A stretch of DNA of 64,000 nucleotides, from assembly GCA_050015635.1 (NCBI GenBank), contig JBEKBA010000008.1:15091-79090 (forward strand), written 5' to 3'. This document shows positions 23,331 to 33,014 of the stretch, in pieces. The notes under the pieces are model-generated. The model did no database searches. It was given only the letters and a program-made list of their open reading frames with translations, and was not told the DNA's origin. The position numbers and the translations under genes are program-made. Every line of letters starts with the position of its first letter. Within the stretch, counting starts at the first letter, position 1. Source of the DNA: Verrucomicrobiota bacterium. GTDB lineage: Bacteria > Verrucomicrobiota > Verrucomicrobiia > Limisphaerales > UBA11358.

Positions 23331-23666
23331 GACGGACACGGATGGACACAGATTTTTTAACCACACCTTGCGGTGGGCCAATGCGCCTGACGGGCAGCGT
23401 GACGCTGCACACCTTGCGGTGGGCCAAGATTATAAAAATAGAAATTAGACACGAATTAACACGGAGCATTTTTAGACGCGAATTACACGAATTAACACGA
23501 ATTGACTCAAACAAGGATGCCAAGGCAGCGGTGCTTGCGCACTACCACCATGGACGCGGTGGAACGCGTCCCTACCATGAGGATCAACGTTTCTCGGTGA
23601 TTGCAAAATCACAGACGGTCCCGGATGGACATAGATTTTTTAACCACGGATGAACACGGATTTTTG
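23331..23666. repeat. Mosaic repeat cluster
   Basis: GGACACGGATGGACACAGATTTTTTAACC; GCAGCGTGACGCTGCAC; AGACACGAATTAACACGGA and variants; G-REP GGACGCGGTGGAACGCGTCCCTACCATGA (23552-23580); GGATGGACATAGATTTTTTAACCACGGATGAACACGGA. Confidence 0.85.
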
Positions 23667-23728
23667 GCAGTGACTTAATTTGAATTTGAAAATGCACCCT
23701 TTTGATTTACTATTTTTGCGGCGTAGAT

Positions 23729-24064
23729 ATGAGGGTGTCTCAATTGTTACCGATGCCAAAAAAAAGCCAAAAAAGAATCAGGGAAAAGCGGTCATTTTCA
23801 TCTCTTCGCCCAAAAGACCGCTTTTTGGCTTATGTGATGATAACGTTAATAATCGGTGCTATTCTGGTGTTTGCGATATCCATAGGCATAATAATTCAAG
23901 GGAAAAATCAGACGTCAGGTAACTTTTCAGAGCAAAGTTCCAGCCCGGCCACAGTGCCATCGAATCCTGGTCCCGCAACAACAGGGAATGCGGAGAATGA
24001 CGCCTCAACAAATCCTCTGGCCCCCTTAACAGAGTCCATTATTTCCGACACCAATTCGAATTAG
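23729..24064 (+). CDS. Hypothetical small single-pass membrane protein
   Basis: MRVSQLLPMPKKSQKRIREK..., then TM segment FLAYVMITLIIGAILVFAISIGIII, then an S/P/N/T-rich tail. Lies in a visibly AT-richer segment. No homology recognised. Confidence 0.35.
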   Translation: MRVSQLLPMPKKSQKRIREKRSFSSLRPKDRFLAYVMITLIIGAILVFAISIGIIIQGKNQTSGNFSEQSSSPATVPSNPGPATTGNAENDASTNPLAPLTESIISDTNSN

Positions 24065-24089
24065 GGACTTATATATATATGGCAAACCT

Positions 24090-24235
24090 GGTAAGGACGA
24101 CTTCCACGTCGTCCCTGATTTGATTAAAAGAGAAATAATAAATGGGACGCGGTAAAAGTCCTTGCGGACGGGCAGCGTGACGCTGCACCCAATTATAGAA
24201 AAAACAGCCAATGGACACGGATGAACATAGATTTT
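24090..24235. repeat. Mosaic repeat cluster
   Basis: GGTAAGGACGACTTCCACGTCGTCCC (24090-24115); GGGACGCGGTAAAAGTCCTTGCGGACGGGCAGCGTGACGCTGCACCCAATTATAGAA; GGACACGGATGAACATAGATTTTT. Confidence 0.85.
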
Positions 24236-24481
24236 TCAAGCGGTCTTCGTTTCTTTTTCGGCACGTTCGGTGAGCCAAGAGTTAATGAGGCTTTGATACG
24301 GAATGCCGCGGCGATTGGCCAGACAGCGGATTTTGTCCAAAGTGATGCCCGGAATCCGCAGGCTGACGGGTTCGCGGGTGGGTTTGAGGTTGGGAAAGAT
24401 GACCGGTCGCGCCCGGGAGAGGTCGGCGTCCGCCCAATCACCGGTTTTCGCTTCTTTGACGTAACGGATGTTTTTCTTCAT
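24236..24481 (-). CDS. brnA: BrnA-type antitoxin (CopG/RHH-like)
   Basis: ...VSLRIPGITLDKIRCLANRRGIPYQSLINSWLTER is the BrnA pattern (the C-terminal RHH region resembles IPYQTLI..ll). It pairs with the upstream BrnT gene. Confidence 0.75.
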   Translation of the reverse strand: MKKNIRYVKEAKTGDWADADLSRARPVIFPNLKPTREPVSLRIPGITLDKIRCLANRRGIPYQSLINSWLTERAEKETKTA

Positions 24482-24782
24482 ACCATTTTCTTTCCAGCCG
24501 GCTCATCGGCCTGACGGAGACAACGCGAATCAGATCGCCGCGCAAAGTGAAGGCGCAAGTGATCAACTTCCGTTCATCCGTCCGGCCAAAAGCGAGCCAG
24601 CGTTTTTCCGCGCCGCTGTGTTTCTCGTCAGCCATGACTTCAGGCGTATTGAAAAACAACTGTTCGGCTTCCGGCACAGAAATGCCATGCTTGATTTCGC
24701 TCTTTTGAAAATTGCCTTCATCCCAATCGAAGCCGGCAATCTGGCGCAAATCGAGCACACTGAAATTGTATATGCAGGACAT
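24438..24782 (-). CDS. brnT: BrnT-type toxin (DUF497 ribonuclease)
   Basis: FDWDEGNFQKSEIKHGISVPEAEQLFFN...RWLAFGRTDERKLITCAFTLRGDLIRVVSVRPMSRLERKWY is the BrnT/DUF497 signature (F.WD..K...N..KHG). Confidence 0.8.
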   Translation of the reverse strand: MSCIYNFSVLDLRQIAGFDWDEGNFQKSEIKHGISVPEAEQLFFNTPEVMADEKHSGAEKRWLAFGRTDERKLITCAFTLRGDLIRVVSVRPMSRLERKWYEEKHPLRQRSENR

Positions 24783-24832
24783 GGCAGACGCAAGTCCATT
24801 TCAAAAATGGTAATGGGTCAGTTTCAATGGTA

Positions 24833-24944
24833 GCAGCGTGACGGTCCTTGCGGACGGCCAATGCGCCTAACGGCGCGGGGATGGGGGATAGGGTCCAGGA
24901 TATCGGGAACGAAAAAGAGCGGGAGCGCAGCTGTCCCTGCCATG
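24833..24944. repeat. Mosaic repeat cluster
   Basis: GCAGCGTGACGGTCCTTGCGGACGGCCAATGCGCCTAACGGCGCGGGGATGGGGGATAGGGTCCAGGATATCGGGAAC...GAGCGGGAGCGCAGCTGTCCCTGCCATGA. The same string family is seen at 8790-8830, 17150-17190 and 42690-42790. Confidence 0.8.
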
Positions 24945-24948
24945 AGTA

Positions 24949-25665
24949 TCAGCGTTCATCGGTTTTTGCAAAATCCGTGAACCACGGTTCCGGTTGACAG
25001 GAAAATTCCATTGGCCGGTCGCGCCACACAAAGCGCACGGCACGGGCATGGAGGGCGTGGTTTTCAAAAATAAGACGGGCGCGTTGTGCGCCGGTCAGGC
25101 GGTTTTCGACGAGCGCCAGATACAAATCCTCGTCGCCGCCATAAAGTTTGTCGCCGGCAACGGGATGGCCGACATGGGCGAGGTGGATGCGGATTTGATG
25201 TTTGCGGCCGGTGCGCGGGAGGATTCGCAGCAGGGAAAATTCGCCTTCGCCCCGACTAAAACGCCGCTCAACCCAAAATTCAGTCTGCGACGGCGAGCCG
25301 TCGGGGCGCACGCAATCCTTCACGGCCACGAGACTGTGTTCGTCCCGGCCGAGCGGCGCGTCAATGATTCCCCGTTCCGCCGCGACGTGGCCGTGGACGA
25401 TGGCAAGGTATTCCTTTTCTACGGCGCGGTTTTCCAGAATTTTTCCGAGTCCGCCCGCGACGCCGGAATTTTTGGCGATGATGACCACGCCGCTGGTCTC
25501 GCGGTCGAGGCGGTTGACAAGATGCGGTGGCGCGGAACCTTTCAAATGCAAACGCGCGCGGCCGATCAAACCGGACAGTTCGCCGTTTTTGGCCGGATGG
25601 CAGACGAGCCCCGCCGGTTTGTTGACGACCAGCAATTCATCGTCTTCATAGATGATATTGAGCAC
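24949..25665 (-). CDS. RluA-family pseudouridine synthase
   Basis: Catalytic motif HLVNRLDRETSGVVIIAK (HRLD..TSG) and the later GRKHQIRIHLAHVGHPVAGDKLYG motif. Confidence 0.88.
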   Translation of the reverse strand: MLNIIYEDDELLVVNKPAGLVCHPAKNGELSGLIGRARLHLKGSAPPHLVNRLDRETSGVVIIAKNSGVAGGLGKILENRAVEKEYLAIVHGHVAAERGIIDAPLGRDEHSLVAVKDCVRPDGSPSQTEFWVERRFSRGEGEFSLLRILPRTGRKHQIRIHLAHVGHPVAGDKLYGGDEDLYLALVENRLTGAQRARLIFENHALHARAVRFVWRDRPMEFSCQPEPWFTDFAKTDER

Positions 25666-25676
25666 AAAAAAAATTT

Positions 25677-25797
25677 ACACGAAGCAGCGTGACGGTGCTT
25701 GCGCACTGCCACCATACCCAATTATAAAAAATAGCCGCCGATGGACACGGATGGACACAGATTTTTTAACCGGCGAGACATGAATTGACACGAATTT
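25677..25797. repeat. Mosaic repeat cluster (last dense cluster of the accessory block)
   Basis: cacgaaGCAGCGTGACGGTGCTTGCGCACTGCCACCATACCCAATTATAAAA...GGACACGGATGGACACAGATTTTTTAACC...GACACGAATTTT. Confidence 0.8.
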
Positions 25798-25839
25798 TCT
25801 TTTTTGATTCGTGTGAATTGATGAAATTCGCATTTCACA

Positions 25840-27753
25840 ATGCGCCGCATTCTTTTCATCTGCCTGCTGCTGGCCGGAGTGACCCTGGCAATTTACTGGC
25901 CGGCGCGGAATTATGACATTGTCTTTTTGGACGACCCACTGTTCGTGACGGACAATCCGGATGTCGCAGCGGGGCTGAACTGGCACAGTTTTGTCTGGGC
26001 GATGACCAGCGTCACGGCAGCCAACTGGCATCCGGTGACCAGTTTTTCGTTTGTGCTGATGCATCAATTTTTTGGAACCAATCCCGGCGCGGAACATCTG
26101 GTGAACCTATTCTTTCATGCAGCGAACGTGGTATTGTTGTTCCTGGTTTTGCTGCAAATGACGGGCGCGACCTGGCGCAGCGCCATGGTGGCCGCGATTT
26201 TCGCGTGGCATCCGCTGCGCGTGGAATCGGTCGCATGGATTTCGGAGCGCAAGGACGTGCTGTTTGGTTTTTTCACGCTGCTGTCGCTCCTTTGCTATGC
26301 GCGCTACGCGCAACAGCGGTCCAAAGCGAAATTTGAGCCGCAAGTTTCCGCCGGCCGACTTGGGACGCGTGATTACGCGCTGGCATTGATATTTTTCGTG
26401 CTGGGCTACATGAGCAAGGCGATGATTGTGTCGCTGCCATTTCTTTTTCTGCTGCTGGATTACTGGCCGCTCCAGCGGATGACCCACGGTGAATTCCGGA
26501 TGGCGAATTTGAAACCGCTTCTGCTTGAAAAAATTCCCTTTTTTGTTCTGGCGATTTTTTTCAGCGCGCTCACGTTTTGGATTCAAAAAACCCACGCCGC
26601 CAACTTCGTGACGCTGGAAAGACTCGGCCTGATGGATCGAACCGGCCATGCCATGCAGTCCTACGTGCAATATGTTTCAAAACTTTTCTGGCCGGCCAAT
26701 CTCGCCGTCTTTTATCCGTATCCCCAAACCCAGGACTTTTTGGAAATCTGTCTGGCCGGGTTATTGTTGCTGGCCATTTCGGCGTTCTGCGTCTGCCAGA
26801 TTGCGCGCAGGCCGTATCTGGCCGTCGGCTGGTTTTGGTATCTGGGAACGGCGGTTCCCATCATCGGCCTCGTGCAAGTCGGTGCACAGGCCATGGCCGA
26901 CCGTTACACCTACCTGCCATTAATCGGCCCGGTCATCAGCCTGGTCTGGCTGATTTCGGACGGGGTGAAATCAAAATCACTCCGGAAATTCCTGCTCGCG
27001 CCGATGACCGTGGTTCTGCTGGCCACCTGCGTGATTTTGACACGGCGACAGTTGCAATTCTGGCAGAACACCATCACCCTTTTTGAACACACCATCGCGG
27101 TCACCCCGGAAAATGCCCCGGCGCAATATTTGCTGGCCGTCGGCCTGGATCGTGAAGGCCGTCTGGAGGAGGCGATGCTTCATTACCGCATTGACGTGGC
27201 GATAGTTCCCCAAAATTACCGGGCTTATTTCAGATTGGGCGAGTGCTTCAAAAGACAAGGCCGCTGGGAGCAGGCGGCACAGGAATACAACGCCGCCATC
27301 GCGGCGGACGTCAACGCTGATAATTACGTCACACACTTAAGTCTGGCCGATGCGCTGTCGCATTTGGGACGAAATGAGGAAGCCAAGTTTCATCTCGACG
27401 AGGCGCTGCGGATCAAACCCGATTCGATTTTAACCATGAACAACCTCGCCTGGCTGCTGGCCACCTGCCCGGACGCAAACGTTCGCGACGGCGCACGCGC
27501 CATCCAACTGGCCGAACGCGCCTGTGAACTGACCGATCACCAAGTACCCATGTGCATCGGCACGCTGGCCGCCGCCTATGCCGAGGCGGGAAGGTTTGAC
27601 GATGCGATTGCCACCGCGCAAAAAGCCTGTGCGCTTGCGAAAAAATTGGGCAAACAAGGCCTGTTGCAAAAAAATCAGGAACTGCTCGAACTTTACCACG
27701 CGCACAAACCGTATCGTGAATCCGTCGAAAAACTTGTTCCTGGCGCCCAGTGA
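25840..27753 (+). CDS. Polytopic membrane protein with C-terminal TPR domain (PMT/ArnT-like glycosyltransferase-fold family)
   Basis: About 400 aa carry many TM segments, starting ...YWPARNYDIVFLDDPLFV (DD motif in the first loop). C-terminal TPR repeats follow (NAPAQYLLAVGLDREGRLEEAMLHYRIDV...). Confidence 0.7.
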   Translation: MRRILFICLLLAGVTLAIYWPARNYDIVFLDDPLFVTDNPDVAAGLNWHSFVWAMTSVTAANWHPVTSFSFVLMHQFFGTNPGAEHLVNLFFHAANVVLLFLVLLQMTGATWRSAMVAAIFAWHPLRVESVAWISERKDVLFGFFTLLSLLCYARYAQQRSKAKFEPQVSAGRLGTRDYALALIFFVLGYMSKAMIVSLPFLFLLLDYWPLQRMTHGEFRMANLKPLLLEKIPFFVLAIFFSALTFWIQKTHAANFVTLERLGLMDRTGHAMQSYVQYVSKLFWPANLAVFYPYPQTQDFLEICLAGLLLLAISAFCVCQIARRPYLAVGWFWYLGTAVPIIGLVQVGAQAMADRYTYLPLIGPVISLVWLISDGVKSKSLRKFLLAPMTVVLLATCVILTRRQLQFWQNTITLFEHTIAVTPENAPAQYLLAVGLDREGRLEEAMLHYRIDVAIVPQNYRAYFRLGECFKRQGRWEQAAQEYNAAIAADVNADNYVTHLSLADALSHLGRNEEAKFHLDEALRIKPDSILTMNNLAWLLATCPDANVRDGARAIQLAERACELTDHQVPMCIGTLAAAYAEAGRFDDAIATAQKACALAKKLGKQGLLQKNQELLELYHAHKPYRESVEKLVPGAQ

Positions 27754-27769
27754 ATTATCTTAAGCCGCA

Positions 27770-28396
27770 GTGAAAGAAAAAGAAAAGTGGAATTGCTGGC
27801 TGCCGTTGGTATTCGTGGCGCTGTTTGCCGTGTCGCGGATTCCCGGCCTGCTGCCGTCGAATTTCAGCGCGGCCTATGCCTTCGCGTTTTGCGCGGGCGT
27901 TTATTTTCGCGGGGCGATGGCGTGGTGGCTGCCGCTGGGCGTGATGGCCGTCACGGATGTCGCGTTGAACCTTTTTTATTACCACGTCGCGCCGTTCGGT
28001 TTTTATCTGCTGTTGAATTACGCGGTCTATGCGGCGCTCACCGGCCTGGGCAAATGGTTCGGCCCGCGCGCGCCGTTTTACAAGCTGTTGTCCGGCGGTC
28101 TGCTGGGCGCGGTGATTTTCTATCTGGTCACCAACACGCTGTCGTGGCTGCAGGACCCCTTTTACGCCAGAACCATCGCCGGCTGGATTCAGGCCCTGAC
28201 CATCGGACATCCCGGCATTCATCCGGCAACGTGGGAATTTTTCCGCAACACGCTTTTGAGCGGGGGCCTTTTCACGGCGCTTTTCGTGGCGGCGGCCAGA
28301 TTGACCGCACCCGCCGAATCGCCCGCTGAAAAAAACGCCGGAGCGCGCGACGCCGAATCCGAAACGGAGGAAACGTCAGAAGAGGCCGGCGCGTGA
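27770..28396 (+). CDS. Integral membrane protein, function unknown
   Basis: Six predicted hydrophobic segments and an acidic C-terminal tail. GTG start. The stop overlaps the start of the next gene. Confidence 0.6.
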   Translation: MKEKEKWNCWLPLVFVALFAVSRIPGLLPSNFSAAYAFAFCAGVYFRGAMAWWLPLGVMAVTDVALNLFYYHVAPFGFYLLLNYAVYAALTGLGKWFGPRAPFYKLLSGGLLGAVIFYLVTNTLSWLQDPFYARTIAGWIQALTIGHPGIHPATWEFFRNTLLSGGLFTALFVAAARLTAPAESPAEKNAGARDAESETEETSEEAGA

Positions 28397-28854
28397 AAAT
28401 CGGGGTCATTTCCGACACGCACGATTTTTTCGACCCGAAAATCCCGGGACTGTTCGCGGGGGTTGAACACATTCTGCACGCGGGCGACATCGGCTCGGCG
28501 TTCATCACGTTTGAACTGGAACAAATCGCGCCCGTCACCGCCGTGTCCGGCAACACCGACGAGGATTTGCCGTTCAAGGAAACGGAAATCGTCGAACTGG
28601 CCGCGCGAAAATTTCTCGTGCATCACATCGTAAATCCGCATGCGCCCGCCGACAAAATCAAAGACCACATCGCCCGCGAGCGCCCGGACGCCGTCGTCTT
28701 CGGCCACACGCACCAGCCGTTTTGCGAAACGATTGGCGGGATCCTGTTTATCAATCCCGGTTACGCGGGCAGGCCGAAGTCCGGCGCGGAACGCAGCGTT
28801 GCGGTTTTGGATTGCGATGAAGCGGGTATCCGCGCGGAACATCTCGGGTTTTGA
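28393..28854 (+). CDS. YfcE/MJ0936-family metallophosphoesterase
   Basis: MKIGVISDTHD...ILHAGDIGS...GNTDE...VVFGHTHQP is the full calcineurin-like phosphoesterase motif set. Confidence 0.85.
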   Translation: MKIGVISDTHDFFDPKIPGLFAGVEHILHAGDIGSAFITFELEQIAPVTAVSGNTDEDLPFKETEIVELAARKFLVHHIVNPHAPADKIKDHIARERPDAVVFGHTHQPFCETIGGILFINPGYAGRPKSGAERSVAVLDCDEAGIRAEHLGF

Positions 28855-28906
28855 TTGCCGCCGGAATTTCCTTTCGCGACGCCATGTCATTTGTTAAAAA
28901 ATTTCC

Positions 28907-29836
28907 ATGCGGAAAATTTTTTGGGCCATTTCGGGCTTCTGGCTCTGCGGGCTGCTCGTCTTGGCGCGCGCGGACACATTTCAGTTGACCGACGGCACGG
29001 CGCTGACCGGCGACATCGTCACCTTCAATGACGGCGGCGTCACTTTCCGCATGGCGGACGACAGTTACACAAACGTGATGTGGACAAAATTTTCGCAGGA
29101 GGCGCTCGGGCAATTGTCGAAAAACCCGAGAATCAAGCCGCTCGTCGAACCGTTCATCGAAATCCCCGAGTCGGAACGCCCGAAGAAGCCGGAAATAAAA
29201 GTCGGGGACGTGACGCGGCTGGAACTGCCGCCGGACCAATCCCTGCCGGGCGCGCTGTTCTCATCGCCGGTCGGACTGTTTATCCTGTTCGTGCTTTATT
29301 GCGCGAATCTTTACGCGGGTTTTGAAATCGCGGTGGTTCGCGCGCGACCGGTCGGACTGGTGGTGGGGGTGGCGGCGGTGCTGCCGGTTTTGGGACCGGT
29401 CATTTTTCTTTCGCTGCCCATGCGCGTGGCCGCCGCGCCGGCATTCGTGGAAGAGCCAGCCGATGCGCGGACTTTCAACGTGCCGGGACAGTCCGAACCG
29501 GTGGCGGCCGCGCCGGGCGGAATTCACATTGCCGAGTCCTCGTGGCAAAAACCGGCGCTTCCCGAACCGGTGGTTTTTCAGCGCGGACAATTCACGTTCA
29601 ACCGCCGGTTTCTGGAGACGAAATTTTCCAACTTTTTCGGCATGACGCGGCGCGAGGCGGACCGCGACATGGTGCTCACCGTGAAAGCCGCGGGCGGCGT
29701 GTACGTCGTGCAGCGCATCTCGCGGATCGCGGCCAATGAAGTGCATCTTGAGGTCGTGCAGGGTGTGTCGCGGCGGGAGATCATGGTGCCGTTCGCGGAC
29801 ATTCAGGAAATCCAGCTCAAACACAAGGACGCATGA
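28907..29836 (+). CDS. Hypothetical membrane-anchored protein
   Basis: N-terminal signal/anchor, two central TM segments (GLFILFVLYCANLYAGFEIAVV, GLVVGVAAVLPVLGPVIFLSL), and a C-terminal soluble domain. No motif recognised. Confidence 0.5.
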   Translation: MRKIFWAISGFWLCGLLVLARADTFQLTDGTALTGDIVTFNDGGVTFRMADDSYTNVMWTKFSQEALGQLSKNPRIKPLVEPFIEIPESERPKKPEIKVGDVTRLELPPDQSLPGALFSSPVGLFILFVLYCANLYAGFEIAVVRARPVGLVVGVAAVLPVLGPVIFLSLPMRVAAAPAFVEEPADARTFNVPGQSEPVAAAPGGIHIAESSWQKPALPEPVVFQRGQFTFNRRFLETKFSNFFGMTRREADRDMVLTVKAAGGVYVVQRISRIAANEVHLEVVQGVSRREIMVPFADIQEIQLKHKDA

Positions 29837-30414
29837 AATACCGCACCATTCTGATGTTCGGCGCGCCCGGTTCGGGCAAGGGCACGCACGGAAAAATTCT
29901 CGGCGCGGTTCCCGGCTTCAGCCATTGCAGTTGCGGCGAGGTTTTCCGCAGCTTGAGTCCCGAAACACCGCTGGGCAAAACCTTCGTCGAATATTCCAGC
30001 CGCGGCCAGCTCGTGCCCGACGAGCCAACCGTCGAACTCTGGCAGCGATACGCGCACGGCCTCACGGCCAGCGGACGTTTCAATCCCGAACGCGACACGC
30101 TCGTGCTCGACGGCATCCCGCGCAACGTCCATCAGGCGGAAATGCTCGCTGATTTTCTCAACGTCGTCGCCCTCTTCTACATGTGCAGCGCCAATTTTGA
30201 AAATCTGGTGGCGCGCCTGCAACGCCGCGCCCTCAAGGACAACCGCCTCGACGACGCGAACATGGACGTCATCCGCGCGCGTCTGAAGACCTACGAGAAG
30301 GAAACCAAGCCGGTGCTGAATTTTTACGGAAAAAAAATCGTTTATCGCATCAACACCGACGGGACGCCGCCCGAGACGTTCTTGAAGATTCTCCGGCACA
30401 TCGTCAAACTTTGA
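29833..30414 (+). CDS. Adenylate kinase-family nucleoside monophosphate kinase
   Basis: P-loop ILMFGAPGSGKGTHGKIL, then SCGEVFRS, PDE...V, and LDGIPRNVHQAE (Adk G-x-PR pattern). Short LID-less form. ATGA overlap with the upstream gene. Confidence 0.75.
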   Translation: MKYRTILMFGAPGSGKGTHGKILGAVPGFSHCSCGEVFRSLSPETPLGKTFVEYSSRGQLVPDEPTVELWQRYAHGLTASGRFNPERDTLVLDGIPRNVHQAEMLADFLNVVALFYMCSANFENLVARLQRRALKDNRLDDANMDVIRARLKTYEKETKPVLNFYGKKIVYRINTDGTPPETFLKILRHIVKL

Positions 30415-30467
30415 GCGCGGGCGACTATTTCCCTTTGTCCGCGCCCGGTTTCGTGTTTCGCTGAAGC

Positions 30468-31466
30468 ATGACCGCGTTGCGAATCATCTTTATGGGCACT
30501 GCGGAATTATCCGGCGCGAGTCTGGAAACGCTGGCGCGCGAAGAACGATTTCAAATCGCCGCCGTGGTCACGCAGCCGGACAAACCGAAGGGCCGCGCCC
30601 TCCGGCCGCAGCCGTCGCCCGTCAAATCGCTCGCGCAAAAATTGAACCTGCCCGTGCTCCAGCCCGAACGCGCCCGCGACGAAGAATTCATCGCCGGACT
30701 GCGCGGGTTGGAACCGGAGCTGATTGTGGTCGTCGCTTACGGACAAATTCTGCCGCCGGACATTCTGGAGTTGCCGCGCTTCGGCTGTCTGAACGTCCAC
30801 ACATCGCTGCTGCCGAAATATCGCGGGGCCGCGCCGATTCAGCGGGCGATCGCCAACGGCGACACCGAGACGGGCGTGACAATCATGAAGATGGACACCG
30901 GACTTGACACAGGTGACATCGTCGCGCAGCACCGCGCGCCGATTCAACCGGAGGACGATTCCGCCACGGTGCATGACCGGCTCGCGCAACTCGGCGCGAC
31001 CCTGCTCGCGCAAACCATTCCGGATTACGTCGCCGGAAAAATTCCGCCGCGGCCGCAGCCCGTTGAAGGCGTGAGTTACGCCGCGAAAATCAAAAAAGAG
31101 GACGGCCACATTGATTGGAACCAGCCCGCGAACACCATCCGGAACCGGCTGCGCGCGTTCACGCCGTGGCCGGGTGCGTTCACGTTTTTGAAAACGGAAC
31201 TGAAGCCGCAGTTGCTCAAAATCTGGAAAGCGGAAGTCGCTGAAGTAATTTCCGACGGGGACAGCGCGGCGCGGCGTCCTTGCCCCGGGGAAATTTTGTC
31301 GGCGGGCAAAACCGGCATTATTGTTGCTTGCGGAAAAGGCGCGCTGCGGGTTTTGGAATTGCAGCGCGAAGGCGGCCGGCGCATGACGGCGGCGGAATTT
31401 CTGGGCGGCAATCCGTTGAAGGCCGGCGGGAGTTTTAGTCAACCGGATTCCCGCAACCCTGTTTAA
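30468..31466 (+). CDS. fmt: Methionyl-tRNA formyltransferase
   Basis: IIFMGTAELS..., VVTQPDKPKGRA..., CLNVHTSLLPKYRGAAPIQRAI..GD.ETGVTIM are classic Fmt motifs (HxSLLP.xRG, SLLP box). Confidence 0.9.
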   Translation: MTALRIIFMGTAELSGASLETLAREERFQIAAVVTQPDKPKGRALRPQPSPVKSLAQKLNLPVLQPERARDEEFIAGLRGLEPELIVVVAYGQILPPDILELPRFGCLNVHTSLLPKYRGAAPIQRAIANGDTETGVTIMKMDTGLDTGDIVAQHRAPIQPEDDSATVHDRLAQLGATLLAQTIPDYVAGKIPPRPQPVEGVSYAAKIKKEDGHIDWNQPANTIRNRLRAFTPWPGAFTFLKTELKPQLLKIWKAEVAEVISDGDSAARRPCPGEILSAGKTGIIVACGKGALRVLELQREGGRRMTAAEFLGGNPLKAGGSFSQPDSRNPV

Positions 31467-31522
31467 TTCCCCGTTCGCCTTTCGCTTCACCTTGGTCACT
31501 CAAATACAACGCCCGACTTTCC

Positions 31523-32203
31523 CTACGCTTGCACGCCAGCCCCCTGGCCTTTCACACCGGTGTGGCGGATGTCCTGCGCTTCGCAGAGATAAACGACGTC
31601 TTCAGCCACGTTCGTCGCGTGATCGGCGATACGTTCAAGGCTTTTGGAGACTACCATCAAATGGAGGCAGCGGCCAATCGTGGCGGGATTTTCAACCATG
31701 AATTGCGCCAGCGTCTGGTGAATCTGCCTGTTGAGCGCGTCCACCTCCTTGTCGCGCGGAATGACGGCGCGGGCAGCGGCGGAATCACGATTCACAAACG
31801 CATCGAGCGAGGCCTTGAGCATGTCGAGCGCAAGCGCGGCCATGCGCGGCAGGTCGAGAATGATTTTCACGGGCGGTTCCTGCGAAAGGTCGCGCGCCCG
31901 CTTGGCGATTTTGGTGGCTTCGTCGCCGATGCGTTCGAGGTTCTGGGAAATTTTCATGGCGACGGTGACGAGGCGCAGGTTGCTGGCCAGCGGCGCCTTG
32001 GTGAGCAATTGAATGACAAGGTCGTCAATCTCAACTTCAAACTGGTCAATGACGCGGTCGCTTTCCTTCACGCGCAGCGCCAGATCGGCATCGCGCTGGA
32101 TGAGCGCCTCAAGCGCCTGATTCACGGCCGTCTCGGCGTGGCTGGCCATGGTCAGCAGTTTTTGCCGCAAACCGTCCAGACCCATTTCAAAATAATTCTC
32201 CAT
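31523..32203 (-). CDS. phoU: Phosphate signalling complex protein PhoU
   Basis: Two PhoU repeats with E(R/I)IGDxAT motifs (NLERIGDEATKIA and SLERIADHATNVAE), located downstream of pstB. Confidence 0.9.
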   Translation of the reverse strand: MENYFEMGLDGLRQKLLTMASHAETAVNQALEALIQRDADLALRVKESDRVIDQFEVEIDDLVIQLLTKAPLASNLRLVTVAMKISQNLERIGDEATKIAKRARDLSQEPPVKIILDLPRMAALALDMLKASLDAFVNRDSAAARAVIPRDKEVDALNRQIHQTLAQFMVENPATIGRCLHLMVVSKSLERIADHATNVAEDVVYLCEAQDIRHTGVKGQGAGVQA

Positions 32204-32222
32204 TTACCGGATTAAATATAGT

Positions 32223-33014
32223 TCAACCGAACCGGCCTGTCACATAATCCTCGGTCTGTTTCTTTGCCGGACTGGTAAAAATTTTCGTCGTCGCATCGAA
32301 TTCAACCAGTTCGCCGAGATAAAAGAACGCGGTGAAATCCGAAATGCGCGCGGCCTGCTGCATGTTGTGCGTCACTATGACAATCGTATAATCTTTTTTC
32401 AACTCCTGAATCAAATCCTCAATCTTTGACGTGGCGAGCGGGTCGAGCGCGGACGCGGGTTCGTCCATGAGCAAAATTTCGGGTTGCACGGCCAGCGCGC
32501 GCGCGATGCAAAGCCGCTGCTGCTGGCCGCCGGACAAACTGACGGCGGGCGCGTGCAGTCGGTCTTTGACTTCGTCCCAAAGCGCGGCCATTTGAAGCGA
32601 CTGCTCGGTGCGCTCGGCGAGCAGCCTGCGGTCGCGAATGCCGTTCAGGCGCAGACCGACTGTGACATTTTCGGAAACGGACATGGTCGGAAACGGATTT
32701 GATTTTTGAAACACCATGCCGACGCGGCGGCGGACGACGACCGGTTCAACGTTGCGCGCGTAAATGTCGTCACCGAACAGACGGATTTCGCCGGTCATCC
32801 GCGCTTCGGGCACGAGTTCGTGCATCCGGTTGAGCGCGCGGAGAAAAGTGGATTTGCCGCAGCCGCTCGGCCCGATGATGGCGGTGACCGCCCTGGCGGC
32901 AACGTCGAGCGACACATCCTTGAGCACTTTGTTTTCGCCGAAAAACACGCAGAGATTGCGCGCGGTCAGCGCGGTGTTTGAATTGTTGGCGGCGGTGGCC
33001 ATGGAAAGGGTCAT
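32223..33014 (-). CDS. pstB: Phosphate ABC transporter ATP-binding protein PstB
   Basis: Walker [10 protein letters not shown], signature [14 protein letters not shown], Walker B ILLMDEP. PstB-type ...IYA..V......[12 protein letters not shown]. Confidence 0.92.
   Translation of the reverse strand: MTLSMATAANNSNTALTARNLCVFFGENKVLKDVSLDVAARAVTAIIGPSGCGKSTFLRALNRMHELVPEARMTGEIRLFGDDIYARNVEPVVVRRRVGMVFQKSNPFPTMSVSENVTVGLRLNGIRDRRLLAERTEQSLQMAALWDEVKDRLHAPAVSLSGGQQQRLCIARALAVQPEILLMDEPASALDPLATSKIEDLIQELKKDYTIVIVTHNMQQAARISDFTAFFYLGELVEFDATTKIFTSPAKKQTEDYVTGRFG

Noticed and set aside
24438-24481. 44-nt overlap between brnT (stop 24438) and brnA (start 24481) as a possible frameshift or fusion.
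   Set aside because: Both ORFs are full-length relative to their family motifs. The overlap may reflect a slightly later true brnA start or normal translational coupling. There is no evidence of disruption.
5800-25800. Possible CRISPR array, given the many short repeated palindromes.
   Set aside because: The repeats are heterogeneous modules in variable order and orientation. They lack regular repeat-spacer periodicity, and no cas genes are present. They fit REP/BIME-type mosaics instead.
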